A DNA stretch of 64,000 bases, taken from a virus. Taxonomy: Duplodnaviria; Caudoviricetes. The stretch spans positions 5,290 through 69,289 of IMG/VR virus record IMGVR_UViG_3300032293_001439, one strand, 5' to 3'. Positions 37,857-48,600 of the stretch are shown here, piece by piece; positions within the stretch are counted from its first letter, which is position 1, and each line of letters begins with the position of its first letter. Under the pieces are notes generated by a model that was not told where the DNA came from, ran no database searches, and was given only the letters and a program-made list of their open reading frames with translations. Position numbers and translations under genes: made by a program.

Positions 37857-39608
37857 TTAATAATTAAGTTCATATGTCCAAGTAACATTGAAAGAGTATC
37901 TACCTTCTTTTGGATCCCAAGTTTCTTGGGGCGGTGAACAAAAGTATTTTCTTATTCCCGGCTCTTTCCCCGGATTACAATCTCTAATAACTTGTATAAT
38001 AGCATCTCTTGTTGGGTTTCTTAGTGATGGTTTTTGTAATAAAACGTCTCTTGCGTTTCCGCTTGGCGATGGAATCACTATCTCTATAGACAAAGCTCTT
38101 TGATATTCGGTTCTTCCTCCGATATATTGTAGTACTGGTCCAGTTGATCTTCCTATAACTGGAATAACAGCAAAAACGTCACCGGGATATGTATCTGTTA
38201 TATTTATGTTTTCTGATATAACGCCACTAATAATATTTAAAGGTCGGTCATCGTATTCTATGGAGTATGTAATTTCTCCAGTAAACTCGTTCGTCCCAAC
38301 AGCAACAGACAATGGAACATGGTTTAATCTAAAAGCTCCAGCAGCATTCTGCGCCCTTTTAAAAACCCAAGCACTAATTCCAAAAGCCCCATCGTTTGTT
38401 ATTTGTCTATATTTGTTTATGGCATTTTCATATGGAGTATTTAATGGGACATTTGCGTTTCCACCAAAAATAACTCCACTGGCTGGTATGCTTGTTAAGC
38501 CTTTTACAGTGCCTTCTATTGAAACTTTATTCCGTGAGTCTGTTATATTGTTAGATAAAGATAGTGAATAGTTTTCATAAGCATTTCCACTTGAAAGTAT
38601 CCAAGTATCTTGAAGAGAATATGTGCCAGCTGTTACGTCTATATTTTCTACTCTAGAGTGATTAAAACCACTATACATCAAAGAGCTAAGATTAAATGCG
38701 CCACTACCAAATACATTAGATGGTGGCAAAGATCTTAGCGATGGATAATCGTCGCAGTGATTCGCCGTGGATCCACTCGCACTAATATACTTTATCACAT
38801 ATCTTCTGGCTTGTTCATATGCTCTATTATTTCTATTTGTATTATTATCTACTGATGGATCAAAAGAACTATATTGAGTTATATCTTTACCTTTGGCGCT
38901 AATATTTCTTGTTAACCTATATATTCTAGTTATACTTTCGGTGGTATATGGATCAAATGTGTTACCGTTTCCATCTTCAGATTCTAAAGACCAACTTTCT
39001 TGAAAATCTTGAATAAATCCACCAACTTTATCCATGAGATCTGGCACAGTTAGTCTAGTATTAGGTATTGCGTCGGACCAGCCAGCACTTCCGGGACCAT
39101 AGCCCTCATTACCATAACTATCTGAACCAATAATTTTATCTGCTTTATCTAGTAGAAAAGGCGCTGTCATACTAATTGTATAGTCGCACTTATTGACCCA
39201 AATACCTTCTGAAAAGTTTATAGATGTTATCTGCGGGAAAAAGGTGATTACTGGCTCATCGTTTTCAATAGAACAAACCTCAATCTTCAAGCCTTTATTA
39301 TCAAATAATTCTCTAATAGCAACTTGTTTAGATAACAAAGCACCAAGTTCACCGCTATCTGCAACGAATTGTTGTCCCGGTCTGGGATCGTAAACAGCGG
39401 CCCAAGTTACGCCATAATCTGCGTTAGTTCTATTATCATAAGAAAATATTGGGCTTCCAACATTGTCTAATAACGAACCGGTTAAAGTAATTTCATAACT
39501 TCCGCCAGCTGGACCAGTTTCATTAAAATTACCATTCCAAGTAATATTAATAAGTGGGCAAGGTCTAATATATCTTGCAACTTGATTCTTATCATAAATA
39601 GTAATCAT
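37857..39608 (-). CDS. Tail protein (distal tail/baseplate-like)
   Basis: Beta-rich 583-aa ORF ending RYSFNVTWTYE; tail module context. Confidence 0.6.
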   Translation of the reverse strand: MITIYDKNQVARYIRPCPLINITWNGNFNETGPAGGSYEITLTGSLLDNVGSPIFSYDNRTNADYGVTWAAVYDPRPGQQFVADSGELGALLSKQVAIRELFDNKGLKIEVCSIENDEPVITFFPQITSINFSEGIWVNKCDYTISMTAPFLLDKADKIIGSDSYGNEGYGPGSAGWSDAIPNTRLTVPDLMDKVGGFIQDFQESWSLESEDGNGNTFDPYTTESITRIYRLTRNISAKGKDITQYSSFDPSVDNNTNRNNRAYEQARRYVIKYISASGSTANHCDDYPSLRSLPPSNVFGSGAFNLSSLMYSGFNHSRVENIDVTAGTYSLQDTWILSSGNAYENYSLSLSNNITDSRNKVSIEGTVKGLTSIPASGVIFGGNANVPLNTPYENAINKYRQITNDGAFGISAWVFKRAQNAAGAFRLNHVPLSVAVGTNEFTGEITYSIEYDDRPLNIISGVISENINITDTYPGDVFAVIPVIGRSTGPVLQYIGGRTEYQRALSIEIVIPSPSGNARDVLLQKPSLRNPTRDAIIQVIRDCNPGKEPGIRKYFCSPPQETWDPKEGRYSFNVTWTYELNY

Positions 39609-39609
39609 A

Positions 39610-42600
39610 TTATTTTCCTCTGACGCGCATATTTAATGTATCAGTGCTAAGTCCTATCCCACTAGCGGTAAACAATGGTAAACCAGATTCAATTATTTGC
39701 GTAGGATCTGGACAATCAGTATAGAAATTGATGATGCCAGACCCAAAGTTCGCAATCGCGCTATTGTACAATCCTATGTTATTATACACGTTTCCAGTTG
39801 TAGAACCAATGAAAAGATTCATATTTTCGTTATTTATAGCAGTAGAATCTATAAATAATGGCATATTTCCACTGCTTGATGTGCCGTATCTATAAAGACC
39901 GTCCACGGAAACTACGAATGGCCTATGCTGTATAAAACCACGCGATGCTGGATCTTGACCAGAAGCCTCTAAGAATATTGCACCATTATTATCAGAATAT
40001 ACTATTCCAGAAGCATAAGACAGTTGATTGCTAATAGCGTTAGTGGTAATTATGCGTACAGTCGGATTCTTGCTGCCATCACGTTCTCCAAAGACTTTAG
40101 CATCTATATATGTATTTACATTTGCTATGGCTGGATAAGAATCTCTTAACATAATATCGTTTGAATAGACAGCGCCAGCATTTGTTAACGGAGCATTGCC
40201 ACTAGACGAATAAATATGTTTCTCAGCCCCGCCAACAACTACATAATCAGAGTCTGAACGGTTTGATCTATGAACATAAACTGATCGACCAAAATTTTCA
40301 TTCTCTGTTCCAGAAGCAGATATCGAATATCGTTCTCTTGCTTTTGGTCCTTGCTGAAGAATTTTCTCAACAAAAACCCACTTTGTTGTTCTAGAGGGCC
40401 AATCAATAACCTTATTTTCAAAAGTAAATATAGCTCCATTATTGAGTACAGAATTACCACTACCAATAGTGTTTCTAACTCCAGAGTTACCAAGCTCTAA
40501 TACCGTCCTTAAAGGAATATTAAATTCCGAATTGAAGGCTTTACGTATATAAGATCCAGAATCATAAGTATCATATGAATGCTTATCAAAATCATGACCG
40601 GGAGCGCCAACAACTATAATATCAGAATCTATACTAACGTCGTACCCGAACTGGTCGGTTACAGTGCTAAATTGATTTAAATAGTTAGATGTGTAACTGT
40701 TTGGGCCAAGCGATAAGTAGGATTGAGAATTTCCACTATTAGAAAGATCTTGACCAATATTGATAGAGGAAGGTCTAATCTTCTGTATCAACTCCCAAGG
40801 AGTTTTTGTATTTCTAATGCCACTACCATTGAATGTTTTCTCATAAACGTATACCGCTCCAGCGCCACCATTGTAAGACAATCCTATTCCAGATTGACCA
40901 TTGGTATCTAGATAGTATTGCCAGTTATGAATTTCTTCGTCTGAAAATGCTGTAAATGGAGCGCCAATAACCAACTTATTCTTATGAAGCGAAATCGCAA
41001 AACCAAACAAGTCTCCGGGGAAGCCGGATGTAAATACATCAAAATCAAGATAATCGCTACCAGTATCTTTCATTATATCTGGAGTTCCGCCATCAATTCC
41101 AGCGTCTATATATGTTTGAGAGTTGATGATGCCACTAAATTTTGTGGTCGCTCCATAATTAAGCAGATCGGATGCGAACTCTTGTATTTCAAAATTTCGG
41201 AGTTGTTCTTTTAGTATTTCTGGTGTGTCTTCTGTCCAAGGAAGTTCTGATCTTAGAACGTATCTTGGATCGTACATTGATTCTTTGCTATCGAAAGAAG
41301 ATAGACTAGCAGTAGCTCCACTATTATTAAATCTATATCTGGATCCATTATTAGAGCGTAATGATAGATATTTTTGTGGGCTTCCTCTTTCTGGTCCTAC
41401 TATCTTTGTAAGATTAATGTACTGTTTACCACTAATGTCAGATGGGAACTGCGTTTCTGGATATAGGCTAGACAGAAATGCTACGGTGCTGGCTGACATT
41501 CTGCCAAATTCATCAGACATAAATCTGCCTTGAACTAAACTAGAGTCACTGATAACGGTTACTCTTGATCTAGCAACGCCAGCATTAAAGGATGATATTG
41601 ATTCTACTTCTTGGGCTACAACAACTGGCCCATCAGCTATATACTTGTTGCCAAAGCCCAAGTCTAAACAATCTTCATCGGCACAATATCTATCATTTAA
41701 AGAAGATATCTGTGATATTATTGGTTCAACAATTGTAATTTCTGGTTGAGCATCGGCGGTTTTTTGTCTAGTGTATCCAATTAATTCTCTATACGGTCTA
41801 TTGTTTTGTATGGTTACTTGTTTAACCGGCATAGCCACGCCAGAAACAGATAATAATCTAATAGTTTTTGGAATGTAATCAGTTTGATTTATTCTAGATA
41901 CTATACTATTAACATATAGCTCTAATGTACTCGCGCCTTCTTTAACTTGAACATCAAAAGAAAGTGTTCGCACAGTATTTTGAATATTGTTTTGTAGATC
42001 CTTTATTGGACCTATTTCTAGTAGTGATGTTTGCTTAATGGATACCGTTCTTAATAGTGATAGGTCGGGGAATGGTGTTTTTGGTTGCTCAACGCCATTC
42101 TTAACATATAGAGTAAGTGGATGTGTTTCGTATTGGTTTTCTGAAACAACATTTACAAATATTCTGTAACCAGAGCCAGCAACGGCTGGGAAAACTATAT
42201 GGTCTATCCCAGAATCTATCTTCCAGTACCCGTCCGAAATTATCTTTGTGTCATATATTGGTAAAGCAGTTGAACATATATCGACAACGTTTACACCTGT
42301 ATCAAACGGCACAAAATTATCTCTTATAAAGAATTCTGATATTGGATATAGGCCAAACCCTTGACCAACTGGGTGGCTTTGATTTACAAAACCCACTCCT
42401 ATTGCAGAAGCGTATTCTTCTTTTACTGGTAAGTATAGTGATTGTATATTTGAGTCAAGAAGACTTAGTATATTGTTTACCTTGATAATTTGTTGAATGG
42501 TGCTATCATGAGTTATAACTAGTTTCTTGTTGCCAGTATTAAGCCAAGCTTTTATATCCAAAACTTGTTGTTCCGATGGAATTCCAACTGGATTAGCGAT

Positions 42601-45600
42601 CCAGCAGACATCATCTGATGCTGACAGATTAAGTACATTGAGCCTGACATCATTTCCACAATTCCTAAATACATCGTTTAGTATAGATTCTGAATATGCA
42701 TCGGTAAAGTTTGTTCTGCCTGTCCATCCACCAAGCTGTGCTATAATAGCTGAACCGCTAGAATTTTTAGCAACCAGATTAGAATAAAGGTTTATAGCAT
42801 TATCGCCAAGTCCAGATAATAACGAATCTTTTGACTCTGATGTAATATTTGCTATAGCAATAATCTTTGAAGATCCAAAAGTTTGCTCAACACAAAATCT
42901 ACCTACAGATGAAACTAATTGTCTACCAAATAATGTGTCTGTTATTGGGAATGCTTTTGCTTGCAATAGTGATTGTCTTTCTTCAACGGCTGATGGTCTA
43001 TAAAATGGATCGGATACACCTTCTATATTTTGCGTGTAAGAAGAATAACCGCTTATAGATGCAGAGTATACAAATGAAGCACTGGGTTGAATATTATCTT
43101 CATCGAATATATATGAAGTAACAGCGGTAGATGCTATTCTATCTTCAAAAATTGGGACATCTATATAACTTTCTGGAACAGCTGGAATAATTCTAGATCT
43201 AGTTCCTATTTCACCAGCAGCTAATAATGGTACTGGTTCTAAGTTTGATAGATCAAATCTATCAGCATTTATAGTTTCTAACTCTACTTCGCAGCATTGT
43301 GGCGTAAATGTTTTGAATACAAAAGGCCAATTTACAGCATATTCTAATGTGCGAGAGCCACAAGATTCTGTTACGCAAGAAGCTTTCCATTCTGCTCTTA
43401 AATCTCCCTTATCTATTAATGGAAGTGCGCACTCTGTATTTATTCCATTTTCAGTGCATGGCATAAGCTTTTGATATCCGGGTAGATGTATTCTGATATC
43501 TGCAACACCATATCCTGTATCTAATTCCAGTGGATTAATATATGATCCAGTTGAATTTTTAGGAATATATGATGGAACGATCAAAGAATTTCCAGAAGGT
43601 AAAGATTGATATTCATTCTTGGCTGGGTACAATCTCATTCTAGAATTTAATCTTTGTAGAATTTTGTTAATAATGGTATTGGATGTTTGATATATGCCAC
43701 TACTTTCCCAAACAGGATCATTACCTACTAGAACCAGATTCCTATCTCCAAGTGCCAACCAAGAAATAATGTTGTTCATTACTTCATCGCTTACAGCATC
43801 TATTTGTGGTGTGATAACAAAAGCTAATCCAGCATCCGATGGAATTGATACTTGATCGAATGGCGTTTTAACAAAGTCTTTGTCTTGAAATATGGTCGAT
43901 AAATAATTGAAATGACCAGAATCTAGTGGATCATTTAGGTTTTCTTGCAAGTTACCAAACTTGCCAAACTCTACCGCTTTGGTATGCGGATAATAATCTC
44001 TTGATTCAAGCAGTCTAACAGCGCCAGCATTTACATTTGATTTCCAGCTTGGTCTAATAAAGCCATTTATATTGTCTATATTTAGTGGATCAAGATATCC
44101 ATCATTTTTGTAATATACATTAAAGTCATCAAAAGAGTTAAAGCTATCTGTTGGAGCGCCTATTGCAATAGTACTACCATCATCATTCACCGCAACACTA
44201 TAGCCAAGTCTTGATGTTGGAGCAAATGTTTGTGGAATAAATTCCCAAGTACCAACATATGGAATATCTTTATAGTGATATGTGAAAATATTCTCGTATT
44301 CTTCGATTTCTAGATAGTCTCTTGCTTCGAACTTTTCGGTTGCGGTAAGTTTTGAGTATAGGATTTGATTGCTATAACTAAATCCGTATGTTTCTAGCCA
44401 CGATGCATAGTCATCAACAAGGTCTGAGTATCTTTGATCTAATCCACCAGCAAGCGAATTCTTGTGCGTTATCCAAGAATATAGTGAGTTAAATAGTCTT
44501 TCTTTTTCTGATTCACGATACTGGTATACTTTACAAGCGTCGTTGATATACGGAGAGCCTATAGCTACTATGTTTGTGTCTTCGCTAATTGCTACAGCGT
44601 GTCCGAATCTGTCATAGCTGGCATAAGAAACTTCTGGAGATTTAATCTCTTGAATAAGATTCCACGCGCCGCTTTCTTTTTCAAAGATGTAAACGCTTCC
44701 GCCGCTAGATGGAGGATGGTTGAACTGCGTTAGGTTGGTATTGAAAGACTCTGGACCAACTCCAGATGTAATAAATCTTACTTGATTATCAGTAACCAAA
44801 CGTCCAGTATCCAATAATTGATTTAGTATTAGATTAGACATTGAAATCCAATCTTCTGATCCAACAGACTCTGGAACATATTCATAAACAGAGCCAGAAG
44901 ATGCGATGCCATAGAAATCTTGTAGACCGCTGGCGAAACTATAATTTTGATAATATTGAAGGAATCTATCTAATGCTGGATTTACAGCGGATCTTCCTAG
45001 TGATCTTGAATTATCAACGTAAACTCCCAGCATAACAGGAATGTTGTTATGAATCTTGGTATTATCATATGGGAAAGCTTCCTCAAAAGCTACCTTTATA
45101 CCGCTAAAGACAGCTAATGTATCCTGTTCTGTAACAATACCTTCGTTTCGTGGAATTCTCTTCTTTGTAATAAATGCTGGTTTTGGCTCTGGAAAATCTA
45201 ATGTTGTTATTGTAGAGTCACTAGCGATGGGTTCACAAATTAATAATTTTACATCAAATCTAACGGGCGGATCGGAGAAATATTGGAATATTAAATCTTT
45301 GTTTTGAATAGTTTCTAATATCTTGGTGTATGTAATATTTTTTCTTGGGTTTGATGGATCTGGTAGGCTTGGAGTAAATTCGTCAGTAAATATAATTAGA
45401 CCTATTGAAACTCCAGATGTGGCTAAATCTTCAAAGTCTCTATTCCATTTTGCTGATGGGCCACCAACAACAATAACCTCTTTCTTAGATTCTTGGAAAG
45501 AAGTTAGACTGTTATTAACAGCGATATCCAATGAATGTCCGAACTGTCTTCCTTCTTGACCAACATTCCAAAATCTTTCTGTTATTGGATATGGTATGGT

Positions 45601-48600
45601 AATACCATTTATAGTATTTCTGTATATATTTGTTGGATAGTCTTTTAGAAGGCCGGATGGTAGCGTCAACTTTGTTTCTAGTGACCAAGGTGACTTATGC
45701 TTGTCGCTTGCCCAAGTACTACCAGAAGGTCTTGCTTCTCTTCTATAAATAAATACCGAACCAGCTTCATCTAGATCTATAGTTGAAAGATTGCCAAAAG
45801 CATCGTATTCTGAATAGGATACTGTTTGAAATGGCGCCCCAATAGCCATTAGATCATATTTAGCTGCTACTGATTTGCCATATTTATTTCCAGATTGTCG
45901 TGCGTCATCAGCAGTTAGCTTGACACCAGAATAATTTACATATTCATTAGAGCCATAATCAAGTTCTACAAATTCTCTTGGTAATGGTATAGATTGATTG
46001 TTGCCAGTTTTTGTTGTAACTGTGACATTGTATGGAGCGTTTGGTATCAAACCATCATACTTTCTTATACCATAGAAATGACCACTATATCCTATAGGAC
46101 TATTAAATCCACTAACATTTAGATTTGTATATGTGTCTTTAACTCTAAGTATGCCGCCCTGTATGCAGCTATTTTCGTTATACCAGTATTCATCGTGTAG
46201 ATAAATTGGTTTTTCTTCGCAAGCGTTTTCTGTATCACACACTCCATAGCAGAGTAGATCCACACCTCTAATCTCATCATCTGCACTTAGAAATGCCTTA
46301 TCATTGTCGGACGCAGAAATACTTTTGCCAATATTATTTTCATTCCAAGTAATAGAGGCTTGCTGATTAAATTGTTGATTGAAAGCTGGATAATTGATTG
46401 TAAATAAACCTAGCGAGCCAGATAATGCCGAATACAATGGATCAGTGTTAATATATAGGCTAAAGTTTTCACTTGTACTATATGTAATTACTTGTTCATT
46501 AAATGTAACTAAACTCATTAATCCAGAGTTAAATGGACTAAATGTTGAGAAAGTTTCTGGCTGTACTAAGAACAGAGAGTTCTTTGATTCTTCAATTCCT
46601 CTATTCTTTACGTAAAGTTGAACTGAAGAATATCTGGTTTGATCAAGAGTATTATCGGACATTACAAGACTAATACTAGTTTCTTGTCTTGGGTTGCCAC
46701 CAGACACATAAATTGGAATAGAGTCTATAACAATACCACTATTTTTTGTGAATAGGTGTAGATCGTTGTATTCGATACCTTTAACTCCAAATAAAGCAAG
46801 ATTGATATTTGAAGAAGCTGTGGGCCAAGCTTGACCGCTTACATATAGGTTTAATCCATTAAACTCATAATCTAAACCATATGTATAAAGATTAACGTCT
46901 GATCTAGAAACTTTTTCTCCGCTAGCAAATAGATTTACTGAATTGTTTGAGTCGGCAAAGTATGTTAATGCGTCTTCTAGCTTAACTGTGACGCTATGCA
47001 TCTTAATGGATGAGTCAAATGGTGATCCAGATGGATACGCCAAATCATATTGCAAGAACATATCATTTATATCTGTAGAATAATACTTATGATCAAACTC
47101 TGATCTAATATTATCTAGATCAAAATTTGCCCAAGGTTCTGATGTATCTACTAGATCATCGTAATTAAATGTGCTTCTAAGTTTCTGCCAACACCCAGAA
47201 GGCTTAAGATAATGAATCGATCTATTAACAAGACCCCAGTTGACTTTACTTGGTCTATTAACTGGATCTTGATTTTTGCTATACAAGCTAACTATGAGCT
47301 TTGGACCAATTTTGCTGTCGGACCAAATCAAGTCATTAAAGGTTTCATGCTCTATTATGCTTTCTACAACCAATGATCCTTCTTTAAAGTCATATCCCCT
47401 TGGTAGTGTTTTGCATATTCTTGGCTGGGTTGTATAGAATTCTGGATTAACATCTGGAATATCTTGAAGGTTAAATCTTAAGAAATCGTTTTCGATTTGT
47501 GTGTGATAAGATAAACCAGATGCGTATAGACTTGATGGTAGTGGAAAATTAGTGGTATTTCCATAACCAAGACCATCGTGCTTTAGTCTGTGAATAATAT
47601 AATCTTGACCAACTCTCTTGGTAAAACTGTCAAAATCTGGCGAGAATGAGCAAATCTTAAAATCGCCAAGCTTCCAAGCAGATGTATCCTTGTTTATGAA
47701 TTCTGACAGATTGAATTTTGTATTTACAGCTGTATTATGTAAGAATGTGTGACCATGACTATCAAAGAAAGATTTGAAGGTCGTGCGCTTTAGTGATCTA
47801 TTTGCTTCACCATTTATGCTTGGTGGTATAGATAATCCAATCTCATGTACAAATATATTTGTTCCAATACCACTTGCGTCACAATGACCAATTACCAAAT
47901 TGCTATTGCCACTATCGATAATAATATTGGTCGAGATAGCTCCATATGATGGGGATGCATTATCCTCAATTTCATTATAGGCCAATATTGCCATTGCTCC
48001 GGGGGTATAGTATATTAATGTTGATAATGGATATTGATATTGGTCATAAGTCTTAGAATCGGAAATAGATACCAATGGAGAGCCAACAGTATTTATGTCT
48101 TTTGCCTTGAGAGTCAATCTTTCATTCTCAAATCCAAACCAAAATTCCAATTCTTGACCGCTATCATATTTGGATGCTATAACACCAGAGTTGAAAAGGT
48201 TATAGTTAACACCGCTCATATTATAATCTGGAGTAAATCTAATATATAGTGAGAATCCACTATTAGTTGGTACATTTCCAAAATTAATATTTCCAAATTC
48301 GCCAGATACTCTTAATGCTGAATCAAAAGCGTCACAAATTTTACCATAAAGAGGATCTCCAGATTGAGTCCAATCTATTGTTGTATAATCTGTATTGTGT
48401 GGGAAGAGTTGAGTATTTTTAAATCTCCACCCTATATTTTTTAGAACGGTTGCTGACCCATTGTAATAACCGCTGTAAGCGTAATCGTCTGATACTATAA
48501 AGTTACCACTGATATTTGTCAGGTCATAATAACCATCTAAGAACGGGTTATTTGCTTCCGGGTTATAGAATGAGAAATCAAATGCGGCTGGATAATATGG

